The notes beneath the pieces were generated by a model, which worked only from the letters and a program-made list of their open reading frames with translations, had not been told where the DNA came from and searched no databases. Shown here in pieces: positions 39,201 to 47,271 of a stretch of DNA of 64,000 nt (position 1 is its first letter; the number at the start of each line of letters is the position of its first letter). The position numbers were made by a program, and so were the translations under genes. Location: assembly GCA_938007965.1 (NCBI GenBank), contig CALLMH010000037.1:4999-68998 (forward strand). The letters are read 5' to 3'. Origin of the DNA: an uncultured Saprospiraceae bacterium. Lineage in GTDB: Bacteria > Bacteroidota > Bacteroidia > Chitinophagales > Saprospiraceae.

Positions 39201-42200
39201 AGTAAATGTAGCAGCTGCAGCTTCTTCGATAGTTACATTTTGAGTGTATGATATATTTCGACCACAATCGTCCGAAAATTCCCATCGGTATTGGACAGTT
39301 GTGCCGCAGGGATTGGTATTTTCCAATATTACGCCTTGTACGGAACCAGATATAAGGCACAATCCAGTTTCATTGTTGGTGTAGGAAAGACTCGGCGGTG
39401 TAGTTTCAAAATTTGCACATGCAACTGTAATATCCGCAGGGGGTAAATTGATAAACTCCGCCGCTGGGGCGGGATCTACGACGATGGTTTGTACAGCCTG
39501 GATAGGCCTATTGCATTCGTCAGTGAAATCCCAGGTGAATTGTATGTTTCCACCACAGGCAGTATATGATCCTGTCTGAGTAGGCGCTACTTCACCAGAT
39601 ATTAGGCAGCCCCCAGATTCTCCGTTAGTATAGGATAGATTTCCGGGGTTAGTCGCATCGGCTCCACAAGCTACAGTTGTATTGGCTGGTATATCTATGA
39701 ATGCAGCTACAGGCGTTGGTTCTACAGTTATTGTTTGAGTGTATTCTAATAATCTGCCACATTCATCAGTAAATGACCATGTATTATCTATAGTACCTCC
39801 ACAGATGTCATAGTTGTTTTCTATGAGTGGGGTTACACTTCCTGACAACTCGCAGGCGTCATTATTTGTATATGAAAGTGGTCCAGCTGCTGCAGGTATG
39901 TTATTACAATCAACAGTAATAGGTGCAGGAGGATTTATAAACTCTACAATCGGAGCTTCTGTAATTGTAACCGTCTGCATATATGCTATATCTCTACCAC
40001 ACGGATCTGTGAACTCCCATGTATAAGTGATGGATCCGCCACAACTATTAGAGTTGTCATCCACAGTAGGTGCTTGGCTTCCGGAGATTGAGCAGATCCC
40101 AGTCTCTTGATTAGTATAGTCTAGAGAAGGTGGAGTCGGCGGAATCTCATCACAACCGATCGTCACATCTGCCGGGGTATCAGTAAATGCAGGCTCAGGT
40201 GCTGGCTCAATAGTGATTATTTGTTGGTGTTCTAATGTCCTACCACAATCATCGGTAAATTCCCAGTTGTATGTAATTTCGCCTCCACATACATCAGAAG
40301 TACCCATGGTCATTGCAGGTACTGTCCCCATGATTTCACAGGTGCCTGATTCGCTGTTGGTGTATGCAAGGTCGATTGCCGGCGGTATTTCATCTGAGCA
40401 TTGTAGAGTTAGCGTCTCAGGTGGAGGATCTACCCACATGGCCTCTGTTATTGGTTCTATCGTGATGGTCTGTATATGTTCTATAAAATCACCAGGATTA
40501 CATGGATCTGGAATCTGCCATATACCAACTATATCTCCTCCACATATATCTCCATCTATATTTGATGATGCGGACTCTGTTCCTGATACTTCACACGTTC
40601 CAGTTTCTCCATTCGTATAGTCCAAATCAGGAAATGTAGGAATCGATTCAAGACATGAAATAGTCATATCCGCTGGAGGATCAATGAATGCTGGTGGAGC
40701 TACTGGAGAGATTATTATATTTTGTACATACGAATGCGGTATAAAACAATCATCTGTAAATATCCAAATTACGGACATCGTACCGCCACATGTTCCAGGA
40801 TCTCCCATTATCTCAGGAGTAGCTGTCCCCATAATAGCACAATCTCCTGTCTGACCATTATTGAAATCTAAATCTGGAAATGTAGTGGGTACTTCATCAC
40901 AATCTAGTACTACATTGGCAGGTGGTGGATTGACTGGAAGAGGGGCTGGTGGAGGACTCACCGTGATAGTCTGTGTATGGTTAGCCGTCGCTCCGCATGG
41001 ATCTGTGTATGTCCACATTCGTGTCACTGATCCTCCAGAACATGATTCGATATCTATATTTTCTGTACCCATCACCATAGCAGTCCCTGCACAATCGCCC
41101 ATCCACTCTAATGTAGGAATCAGTGGTAGATCAGATAGATCACACTGTACAGTTATCGATTCGGGAGGATCGACGAAATCTCCTCCACTGGCGGCATTGA
41201 TGGTAAAAGTCTGCACATACTCAGTAAATGAACCACATGGATCATTGTAAGACCAAGTTCTAGTCATAGTACCGCCTGCGCATAGATCTGGCTCAGGGCT
41301 ATCTACTGGGGTCACATTGGTCATTCCTTCGCATGCTCCATTCCAGATGAGATCCATTGGGGGAGGTATATCTCCTGTACAATCATATACTTCATCAGCT
41401 GGTTCGCTAGAGAAGAATCCCTCCATTTGTGAATTGATGGTGATGGTTTGGATATAGTCGACACCATTCATACAGCCATCAATATATTCCCATGTTCTAG
41501 TGATTGTACCACCATCGCAAGTATTATAATCATCCATTTGGACTCCAGCGACAACTCCTGCGCCATCACAATTATCAGTCCATCCTATATCTTCGAGATT
41601 CGGAATGATATCGTCACATTCTATAGTAATATCCACGGGCGGATCCAGCAATGTAGGCGGTTCATCATCTTCGAAACTGACCTCTATCGACTCGGTGTCG
41701 CAGCAAGACGAATTGCAGCCTGGTTCAGAATACACATCTCCGACAGAGGGAAGGGGAGGGCTATCAGCGGGGTTGAAATTATAGCTATACACAGTCACTA
41801 CTCCACATGTAGGATAAGTGACGTCCATCATATCCCCAGTAATGACATCAATTACAATATTGTCTGGCCCTACTGCTATGAGGGCTTGCGAGATCGGTGG
41901 AGAGTCTATGTACCCTGTGACTGATACTGTAGAAGTTGAGCCTGGGCAGAGTACTTCAGGGTCAGCATCCAGCATTCCTGCATCTGCTTCGAGAACATTT
42001 AAGGTATAGCATTCCTCTTCCGTTGTAGTACAACCATTGGTGGCAGTCATACATATATCATAAGTACCAGTATTATTAAATGTGAGAGAGATAGAATTGT
42101 CTCCTACTATGGTTTGACCCATTGGAGGGTTAGGAGATACGGTCCATATATAATCAATGGAAAGATCCAATCCTGCAGGCTCAAAAGTAAATGTTTCTCC

Positions 42201-42800
42201 CGTAGAACAAATATTACCATCAGGAGGACAATTTCCACTTGTACATAATATTTCTGTTGGTTGGGGTACAGGTACTGGTCCTCCTCCTTGCAATACATTT
42301 ATTTGATAATCACATATAGTCCCATTATCACCATCAATAAAGAAGTAATAATTATCTCCTGCGACCATACCGTTCAGATTGAGGATATGGTTTTGATTGG
42401 CGCTGACACCAGTTCCTTGGCAGGCACCAGATAGGAATTCACTAAATGTACAATCAGTATATATTCCGAATTGAACACCATTAAGCCCCCCACTACAATT
42501 GCTAAATTCTATTTCTACAACAGCTGATGGACCACCCGCTATAAATCCAAACCATGACATATTTTGTGGATTACCAGATCCATTTCCCCCAGGACCAGCA
42601 CAAAAGTTTACAGGGTTTTCAGGCAGACCATCAAATGGATTTTCTGCATTGGAGGGCATAGTTTGTGTAAAACCATCTAATTCATCTAACGAACAAAGTA
42701 TTTCGGCATCCTCGCAGATCAAAGCGGGCATTTGCGAAAAAGCTAAGTTGGAGAAAAAGCTTAAGGTCAGAAAAAGTATATATATCTTAAATGTTTTCAT
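33288..42800 (-). CDS. Giant T9SS type-B cargo protein (repeat-rich surface adhesin-like, ~3170 aa)
   Basis: There is a single uninterrupted frame. The start is moved to ATG 42798-42800, giving signal peptide MKTFKIYILFLTLSFFSNLAFSQ. The C-terminal ~90 aa (VPNIFKPNDQG...FDRWGNMVF...GWDGKF...GVFVYY) match the gliding-motility-associated C-terminal domain (T9SS type B). SprB-like repeats are present (VCIDSMDGSIIITD; SCQESNNGGITITEVVGGSDPYSY), with multiple Ig-like and Cys-rich repeats. Confidence 0.9.
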   Translation of the reverse strand: MKTFKIYILFLTLSFFSNLAFSQMPALICEDAEILCSLDELDGFTQTMPSNAENPFDGLPENPVNFCAGPGGNGSGNPQNMSWFGFIAGGPSAVVEIEFSNCSGGLNGVQFGIYTDCTFSEFLSGACQGTGVSANQNHILNLNGMVAGDNYYFFIDGDNGTICDYQINVLQGGGPVPVPQPTEILCTSGNCPPDGNICSTGETFTFEPAGLDLSIDYIWTVSPNPPMGQTIVGDNSISLTFNNTGTYDICMTATNGCTTTEEECYTLNVLEADAGMLDADPEVLCPGSTSTVSVTGYIDSPPISQALIAVGPDNIVIDVITGDMMDVTYPTCGVVTVYSYNFNPADSPPLPSVGDVYSEPGCNSSCCDTESIEVSFEDDEPPTLLDPPVDITIECDDIIPNLEDIGWTDNCDGAGVVAGVQMDDYNTCDGGTITRTWEYIDGCMNGVDYIQTITINSQMEGFFSSEPADEVYDCTGDIPPPMDLIWNGACEGMTNVTPVDSPEPDLCAGGTMTRTWSYNDPCGSFTEYVQTFTINAASGGDFVDPPESITVQCDLSDLPLIPTLEWMGDCAGTAMVMGTENIDIESCSGGSVTRMWTYTDPCGATANHTQTITVSPPPAPLPVNPPPANVVLDCDEVPTTFPDLDFNNGQTGDCAIMGTATPEIMGDPGTCGGTMSVIWIFTDDCFIPHSYVQNIIISPVAPPAFIDPPADMTISCLESIPTFPDLDYTNGETGTCEVSGTESASSNIDGDICGGDIVGIWQIPDPCNPGDFIEHIQTITIEPITEAMWVDPPPETLTLQCSDEIPPAIDLAYTNSESGTCEIMGTVPAMTMGTSDVCGGEITYNWEFTDDCGRTLEHQQIITIEPAPEPAFTDTPADVTIGCDEIPPTPPSLDYTNQETGICSISGSQAPTVDDNSNSCGGSITYTWEFTDPCGRDIAYMQTVTITEAPIVEFINPPAPITVDCNNIPAAAGPLSYTNNDACELSGSVTPLIENNYDICGGTIDNTWSFTDECGRLLEYTQTITVEPTPVAAFIDIPANTTVACGADATNPGNLSYTNGESGGCLISGEVAPTQTGSYTACGGNIQFTWDFTDECNRPIQAVQTIVVDPAPAAEFINLPPADITVACANFETTPPSLSYTNNETGLCLISGSVQGVILENTNPCGTTVQYRWEFSDDCGRNISYTQNVTIEEAAAATFTNPPPPQTVDCDDVASTVPSLSYTNGAAGICAISGSVPGIQSGAIDECGGNITYSWSFTDVCNRTITHEQVITVNPASDPTFIDPPADVTLGCGEDFPIDPPLDYTNGEGGTCAIAGSVTSTSMISGNVTTYTWSFINDCNGQEIQHIQNITGVPTPDISINPIQTTICLGASFDLSTIDVTDANGNSFTLSYENGGSPITNTDVSPTGTTIYTIIASNAAGCTDEATFTINVDDPPFAGIAAGGQVCSQGGLSYNLFDYLVGSFTPGGTWFDTDGSGANIDNPIMATFNGVAPGFYTFTYTVFSTNSCPDAEVEVEIEVISELEFEIFSIQCDPGGATYSINVISNGNSIFSNPGDVTVVDANNAVINNIPAGQNAIVSAIDANAFCISDQFVSAPDCDCPTVDSPISNGDFIICEGDPIPELSVTISGGLMANWYPDQTSTTALIENSSVYTPDDTAPGIYNYYVEAEDNDGCVSLIRTIVTLTINASPSANLITHPICEDNSGNGNIDLQILNSLINTNASFTYEYYPTLMDAEDQTNILDNIYTITASGSIYVAVTNSSGCTTIVEVQLSLSPQPTYNLDINNEVCIDSMDGSIIITDINPSGTLFSLDNIDFTAVNTFDNLATGSYTLYAQSVDGCLSESVFNIEAGLQISYTNLVLTCDSNGTDSDSSDDFYDITFTTSNNIGATGNINVESTTTDFGNFSYGDIAIEIPAGVSQTITITDLDTGCSIEFITGDLSPCSTNCAVTLEPLDIFCNGNGTDSDPSDDVYEITINASSINGASNNTFNVSVGGAIVANFQYGIGGTITIPAQGQTVVISAIDNADDQCFASQSIGPLNACSNECILFIDNQNFSCDNGGTAGVPGDDIWTFSFTVLATNSTSATFDLFVDNVNVGTFNYGEFSEYEFTADGMSHDIEFVDSSDDSCTISLQSPVLNPCSGDCSINIIPQEAICQNQNTGTDPSDDTYIADIFINVVGGSDMWTIVETAQTGMNGTSVTVGPFLISDGDVILEIQDAANSNCTQTITIEAPSTCSSCDDTVEAGVDQFLDCDITEVSLIGMPSTPTVGTWVGPGVFSENMNEVIVTVPGTYFFSVDFGEGCILTDSLEVVLTSLTLISEDFMCDNGGTIGVPEDDTYTFEFNVTSTNPSSTMYNLWIDGSIVGTYAYGVDSEFELPADDSVITLEIIDVDNATCVIEVISPSLENCSGECSISANESDIACDDENTADDSSDDTWSGEITINQTGGSGSWTIVETSQTGNPGETVAIGPFLISDGDVTYTINDSNISGCGTTITISPPPACSDCNESVEAGADWTLDCTTVEAMLVGIPSIANLGTWTGPGGFSFAGNEVSITIPGTYYFTSDFGNNCIRTDSVIVSVSNDVPSASGGDDQSLTCLVDSVDLVGTVSGGSGNFTYQWLDANMMEISTETMIKVGEAGNYFFVVYDIDSDCTSPPSLVEVLDETADLDPQINANPSFIFDCQVDEITLQVVEEPNVEYRWFVGTVLITGASTSLTIVDPGTFRLEARHLITGCMGEKELVIEDQIQYPIPFIQPAELLDCNNGSVNLDGSSSQQGDNITYTWLDADSMIVASGVDNIDITQGGTYYLQLIDINNNCINFDTMFVNSNIDLPQVSLDDEATINCNESDILVSLITALDPASLSISWNTSDGVILSGENTVDISVGSQGLYTVSVLNPDNNCETIDSILISLPPQIETSLYDINDESCQESNNGGITITEVVGGSDPYSYFIDDMELEDNTLENLSEGTYDLLIVDNNGCEFNDQFNINVQDPFEILLLPEITVVQGQTTQLTASVNLSESEIESITWSPATNLSCPTCLVTDVEGGIEDITYTVGVTDINGCYGEAMILVRSNEEIVITVPNIFKPNDQGTSNANFTIYTSIDATINKLQVFDRWGNMVFINQNFDTNNPSLGWDGKFGESFVEQGVFVYYAEILIGDELIIKKGDVTVLR
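35061..36671 (-). repeat. Two tandem ~269-aa (~807-nt) super-repeats inside the giant CDS (residues 2073-2341 and 2342-2609)
   Basis: The units align colinearly. For example, FSCDNGGTAGVPGDDIWTFSF matches FMCDNGGTIGVPEDDTYTFEF, GPFLISDGDVILEIQD matches GPFLISDGDVTYTIND, and VPGTYFFSVDFGEGCILTDS matches IPGTYYFTSDFGNNCIRTDS. Confidence 0.8.
38730..41663 (-). repeat. 12 tandem in-frame copies of an ~82-aa (~246-nt) four-cysteine module (ORF-track residues 409-1386)
   Basis: I counted the units by hand at 78-84 aa each. The consensus is roughly F-I-D-P-P-A-x-V-T-V-x-C-x(3)-I-P-x(5)-L-x-Y-T-N-x-E-T-G-x-C-x-I-S-G-S-x(10-13)-C-G-G-x-I-T-Y-T-W-x-F-T-D-x-C-G-R-x(5)-Q-T-I-T-V-x-P. Confidence 0.85.
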
Positions 42801-43001
42801 AGCGTGTTTTGAAACAATTGGTCGATCTAATAATAAAATAAGTATGCAGTATAAATTTGTTCGACAATATAAAGATACATTAAGCATACAATGTGCTGCA
42901 TTTAAATAGATTTTATATTTATAAAAGTCATATGAAACATATGATTATGTATGATGAGAATGATTATTGCCGATAAAATGAAAGTAATGGACTGAATTGA
43001 T

Positions 43002-43009
43002 TATTTTTG
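43002..43009 (+). promoter_or_regulatory. Candidate Bacteroidota -7 box (TAnnTTTG) for the M32 carboxypeptidase gene
   Basis: TATTTTTG lies 17 nt upstream of ATG 43027 and matches the TAnnTTTG consensus. Confidence 0.3.
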
Positions 43010-43026
43010 ATCAAAACCAATAAATT

Positions 43027-44520
43027 ATGGCCAGACTGTACGAGAAATATCATTCTAAAATGAAAAAGGTGGCAGATATCAATCATGCGATAGCTGTATT
43101 ATCATGGGACAAAGAAGTAAATCTGCCTAAGGATGGAGCTTTGCACAGATCACAGCAGGTAGCTACATTAGCGGGATTGGCCCATACAGAATTTACCGCT
43201 ACGGAATTCGGTACCATGCTTAGTCGATTGAGCGAAATGCCTAGTCTCTCTGCCGCCGAAAAAAAGAATGTATCAGTTACTTTGGATAAGTATACTAAGG
43301 CCACAAAATTTAGTGAAGACTTTGTAATTAAGAAATCAAGAATAGAGTCAGAAGCATATCATGCCTGGCATAAGGCTCGTGAAGCAAATAGTTATGAAGT
43401 ATTCAAAGATTCATTGTCGGATTTGATTACACTCAAAAAGGAAGAAGCGGAAAAATTGAAATATAGCGGTCATCCATATGATGCAATGTTGGATCAGTAC
43501 GAACCAGGATTAACTGTGGATCAATTAGATCCGATATTTGAAGGGGTAAAAAAAGATCTCAAAAAACTAATCAAGAAAATAGGGAAATCGAAGCAAGTCG
43601 ATAGTAAGTTTCTAAATAAGAAATATGGATGGAATAGACAGTGGGAGTTAGGTCTAGATATTCTTGAGAATATGGGCTATGATTTCAATAGAGGGCGACA
43701 AGATCTAAGTACACATCCATTTACGACTTCTTTCTCCCCGATGGACGTCCGAGTGACCACTAGAGTCGATGAAAATGATTTTGCATATATGCTTTGGAGT
43801 ACTATACATGAAGGGGGACATGCACTTTACGAACAGGGATTGCCAGTAGAGGATTATGGATTGCCGACGGGGTCTTATTTGTCACTTTCGATTCACGAAT
43901 CGCAGTCAAGATTATGGGAGAATCATGTAGGAAGGTCTAGGGCATATTGGTCTTATTGGTTTCCTTCATTGAAGGCGGATTTCCCTAAGAGTCTCAAGAA
44001 GACAAATCTTGATGGGTTTTATAAAGGAATCAATAAAATAAAGCCTAATCTTATCAGAACGGAAGCGGATGAGTTGCATTATCATTTTCATGTGCTTATT
44101 AGATATGAGATAGAGAAAGGACTTATGGATGGAAGTATAGATACCGTAGATTTAGATCTAGTCTGGAATGAAATGTATAGAGAGTATCTCGGAATGTCCG
44201 CTGAGGATGCAAATCAAGGCATATTGCAAGATGTTCATTGGGCACATGGTAGTCTTGGTTATTTCCCAACTTATTCTTTAGGTAGTTTCTATGCAGCACA
44301 GTTCTTTGCACAAGCTCAAAAGGATATCAAGAAATTAAATAAAAAGCTATCCAAGGGAGATACAAGTCAGTTGCTAAAGTGGTTGCGAGAAAATATTCAT
44401 CAGCACGGAAGAAGATATGAAGCCGATGAGTTGTGCAATCGAATCACTGGCGAATCATTAAATTTTGATCATTTCTTGAGGTATGCTTCTGATAAGTTTT
44501 TAGATGTGTATAATGGTTAA
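43027..44520 (+). CDS. Carboxypeptidase M32 (Taq-like metallocarboxypeptidase)
   Basis: 497-aa ORF with HEGGHALYEQG (HExxH), HESQSRLWEN and the IRTEADELHY motif, characteristic of the M32 family. Confidence 0.9.
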   Translation: MARLYEKYHSKMKKVADINHAIAVLSWDKEVNLPKDGALHRSQQVATLAGLAHTEFTATEFGTMLSRLSEMPSLSAAEKKNVSVTLDKYTKATKFSEDFVIKKSRIESEAYHAWHKAREANSYEVFKDSLSDLITLKKEEAEKLKYSGHPYDAMLDQYEPGLTVDQLDPIFEGVKKDLKKLIKKIGKSKQVDSKFLNKKYGWNRQWELGLDILENMGYDFNRGRQDLSTHPFTTSFSPMDVRVTTRVDENDFAYMLWSTIHEGGHALYEQGLPVEDYGLPTGSYLSLSIHESQSRLWENHVGRSRAYWSYWFPSLKADFPKSLKKTNLDGFYKGINKIKPNLIRTEADELHYHFHVLIRYEIEKGLMDGSIDTVDLDLVWNEMYREYLGMSAEDANQGILQDVHWAHGSLGYFPTYSLGSFYAAQFFAQAQKDIKKLNKKLSKGDTSQLLKWLRENIHQHGRRYEADELCNRITGESLNFDHFLRYASDKFLDVYNG

Positions 44521-44629
44521 TTAGGTGAAGTAAGGCTGTCATAGTCTAAAGAATAAAAGGATAATCTGAATTTCGGAATATAACTACTTTTTGAATTGAC
44601 CAACTGCGAATTACAAACCGAATTGCAAA

Positions 44630-45727
44630 TTATTTTTGATATCCCATCGTACTCGCATCTTGACCATCAGGGAACTCGTCCGATATGATCCTGTAGTCAT
44701 TCTGAGTAGAGTCAGCGAAAATAACTTCTGTTTGAATCGTATTAGTTGCATTCTCTAGTATTTCATTACTCATGAAATCAGTAATGTCGAGCGTAGATTG
44801 GTTCGTATAAGTAGGCCATTTTGTTCCTTGGATTATTGAGTTTTTTGCGTAAGCATAGCTGGACAGATCATTATCTTCTTCGTTGATAATTTCAAATCCC
44901 GTCTTACCTCTGATGATTGTTACATTCTCGATAATAGCATCAGAATTTTCTTTTACATTCACCGCTATTTTACAATCTACGAATAGATTATTAATCACTT
45001 TTATGTTCGTACTACTTCCAAAACCTTCACTGCCTATTTCCATAGCTCTATCTTGAGTACCGTAGAATTCATTATTTGTAAGCAGGATGTTATCACAAGC
45101 ATTGAGATCGATAGCATCATCCGAATTGGATAAAAATGTACAATTACTGATTACACCATCTGTACATCCTAGGTATTCTACTGCATCGTTTATTTTTTTG
45201 AATGTACAGTTGCGGACTATTGGTTGATGTATATCGTGGACTAAGAATCCTTCCCCTTTTCTATTCCAGTCTAAGTTACAATTTTCTATGAGTACTTCTC
45301 CGCCCCAGAATCGAGTAGCGGCGCTATTCCATTCGATATCTTTATCGTTGAAGAAGTTTACATTTTGGAAATTACAGTTAGATCCACGAGAAGTGAGTAG
45401 TCCGTTGATAATATTGACATGCGATAATTCAAATCTATTGGCGCTTTCCTGGGTTTCTAATATCCAGTGGTCATTGATTGGGTCTTCGCTTATAAGTGTT
45501 ATAGGTTCTTCTGCAGTACCTTTGATGATCACATCGGAGTAGGAAGTTATCTTGGCACCTTCGGCGAATCTCACTACAGATCCCGGCTCAAATGATAGAA
45601 TTTCTCCATCTCCTATTGACATGGGTTCGGAGATCAGCATTTCTTCAGAAATTTCTATAACCTCTGGTTCGTTACTACAAGACGATACGAATATAATGAC
45701 GGCGAATAAAAAGCAATACTTTCTCAA
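44630..45727 (-). CDS. Right-handed parallel beta-helix repeat lipoprotein
   Basis: 365-aa ORF with lipobox VSSC. Repeated ~22-aa N-x-x-F/I-x-N-C turns (NVNFFN, IENCNL, VRNCTF, ISNCTF, LTNNEF, INNLFVDC) are typical of pectate-lyase-like beta-helices. Confidence 0.6.
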   Translation of the reverse strand: MRKYCFLFAVIIFVSSCSNEPEVIEISEEMLISEPMSIGDGEILSFEPGSVVRFAEGAKITSYSDVIIKGTAEEPITLISEDPINDHWILETQESANRFELSHVNIINGLLTSRGSNCNFQNVNFFNDKDIEWNSAATRFWGGEVLIENCNLDWNRKGEGFLVHDIHQPIVRNCTFKKINDAVEYLGCTDGVISNCTFLSNSDDAIDLNACDNILLTNNEFYGTQDRAMEIGSEGFGSSTNIKVINNLFVDCKIAVNVKENSDAIIENVTIIRGKTGFEIINEEDNDLSSYAYAKNSIIQGTKWPTYTNQSTLDITDFMSNEILENATNTIQTEVIFADSTQNDYRIISDEFPDGQDASTMGYQK

Positions 45728-45823
45728 TTAATAAATGCTTTGTCAGTGAAACCAAATTTTTACAAAGGTTAAAATACAAATTCTTAAATTTATCAACGGT
45801 CAATTTTTACAAATAATTATATA

Positions 45824-47224
45824 TTATTTTGTGTTTTGAGCATATTCCATATTATTATTTTCACGGTAAGTGATTGCACTTGGGTCAGTAATGAGAAAAT
45901 TACAAAGACCAGCAATAATCAAGGAGATACCAGCAACTACCATAGCATAAATGGTCTCTTCTCCTAGTAGCTTGTATGTATAGTTGATACCACCGAGTGC
46001 TGCGATGATCTGCGGTATTACGATAAACATATTGAACAATCCCATAAAGACTCCCATTTTTTTTGGGTCGATAGTGCCTGACAACATAGCATATGGCATG
46101 GATAGAATGCTGGCCCAGGCAATACCAATAAGGGCAAATGAAAGATATAGCATACCAGGGCTCGGCAGGAAATACATGGATATAAATCCTAATCCACCGA
46201 GGATCAAAGATATCATATGCAAGAACTTTCTATTTATACTTCTTTTCCTAGTATATAAGGTCAGCAGCAATGCAAATAACATAGAAGTCAATCCGTAAGT
46301 ACCCATCGCTGATCCTATCTTATTGGCAGAGGATGTGTAGGCTGTTTTGGCGGTTACATATGCATCTTTGACAGATGGAATAGTCATATCAAAGTCAGCT
46401 TCGATAGGAGAGGGAGTATTGAATACATGCTCAGTCAATGCTGGCGTAGCCAATGACCACATCGTAAAAAATGCAAACCAGCTAAAAAACTGAACGGCAC
46501 CTAGTTTGACCATGGTTTTGGGCATATTGCCAATATTATCGACCATGTCTGATATAAATGTATTCGGTTGTTGTTTTTCTTTCTCAAACTCGGCCATATC
46601 TTCTGGCGGATACTCACTCGTAGTAAATATGGTGTACAAGACGGACAATAAAAAAACAAAAGCTCCTATAGCGAATGCGACCTTGACACTCATGGCTAAT
46701 TCTCCAGCTTCCGAAGCGTCACTTACGCCTAAAAAAGAGACAAATGAGGGTAGATTACTCGCTACCCAAGTTCCGATTCCTATGATCAATGTCTGTACGA
46801 CGAATCCATATGATCTCTGTGATGGAGGCAGTTTATCAGCCACCAATGCGCGAAATGGTTCCATCGATACATTGATAGATGCATCAAGAATCCATAAAAA
46901 ACCAGCAGCAATCCATAGTACAGGGGAGTGAGGAACAAAGAATAATGCGATAGAACTCATAATGGCTCCAATCAGAAAGTATGGTCTTCGTCGACCCCAG
47001 CGAGGACTCCATGTCTTATCACTCATATATCCGATGACAGGTTGGACTAAGAGGCCCGTAAGTGGGGCAGCAATCCATAGCATAGGGATATCATCTTTGG
47101 CAGCGCCTAGGGATTGAAATATACTAGACATAAATCCACCTTGCAGCGCAAATCCAAACTGAATACCTAGAAACCCGAAACTCATATTCCAAATCTCCCA
47201 AAATGATAATTCATTCTTCTTCAT
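45824..47224 (-). CDS. MFS transporter, SLC45/GPH-like (putative maltose/sucrose:H+ symporter)
   Basis: 466-aa ORF with 12 predicted helices. It carries the motif [20 protein letters not shown], typical of SLC45/GPH sugar symporters. It sits in the maltose-phosphorylase operon. Confidence 0.8.
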   Translation of the reverse strand: MKKNELSFWEIWNMSFGFLGIQFGFALQGGFMSSIFQSLGAAKDDIPMLWIAAPLTGLLVQPVIGYMSDKTWSPRWGRRRPYFLIGAIMSSIALFFVPHSPVLWIAAGFLWILDASINVSMEPFRALVADKLPPSQRSYGFVVQTLIIGIGTWVASNLPSFVSFLGVSDASEAGELAMSVKVAFAIGAFVFLLSVLYTIFTTSEYPPEDMAEFEKEKQQPNTFISDMVDNIGNMPKTMVKLGAVQFFSWFAFFTMWSLATPALTEHVFNTPSPIEADFDMTIPSVKDAYVTAKTAYTSSANKIGSAMGTYGLTSMLFALLLTLYTRKRSINRKFLHMISLILGGLGFISMYFLPSPGMLYLSFALIGIAWASILSMPYAMLSGTIDPKKMGVFMGLFNMFIVIPQIIAALGGINYTYKLLGEETIYAMVVAGISLIIAGLCNFLITDPSAITYRENNNMEYAQNTK

Positions 47225-47271
47225 ACTATTTTTTTTTGGTGTTTTATAGTCAATGAATCTTACCTAATATT

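Noticed and set aside
42801-42887. The ORF track gives N-terminal extensions for the giant gene (29 aa). Similar extensions occur for the TPR lipoprotein (24560-24652), the S8 peptidase (7086-7124) and the sulfotransferase (11617-11670).
   Set aside because: In the first three cases an internal ATG gives a canonical signal peptide or lipobox immediately. For the sulfotransferase, the internal ATG gives a coupled stop/start overlap. The upstream extensions are non-hydrophobic or overlap the preceding gene.
34519-42909. More than 20 ORFs of 60-158 aa from the six-frame track lie inside or antisense to the giant gene (for example 40213..40620, 41448..41924, 36772..37173, 42499..42909).
   Set aside because: All are fully embedded in the single 9.5-kb reading frame, which has clear domain and repeat structure. 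Their translations are low-complexity (S/P/G/I-rich) shadows with no motifs.
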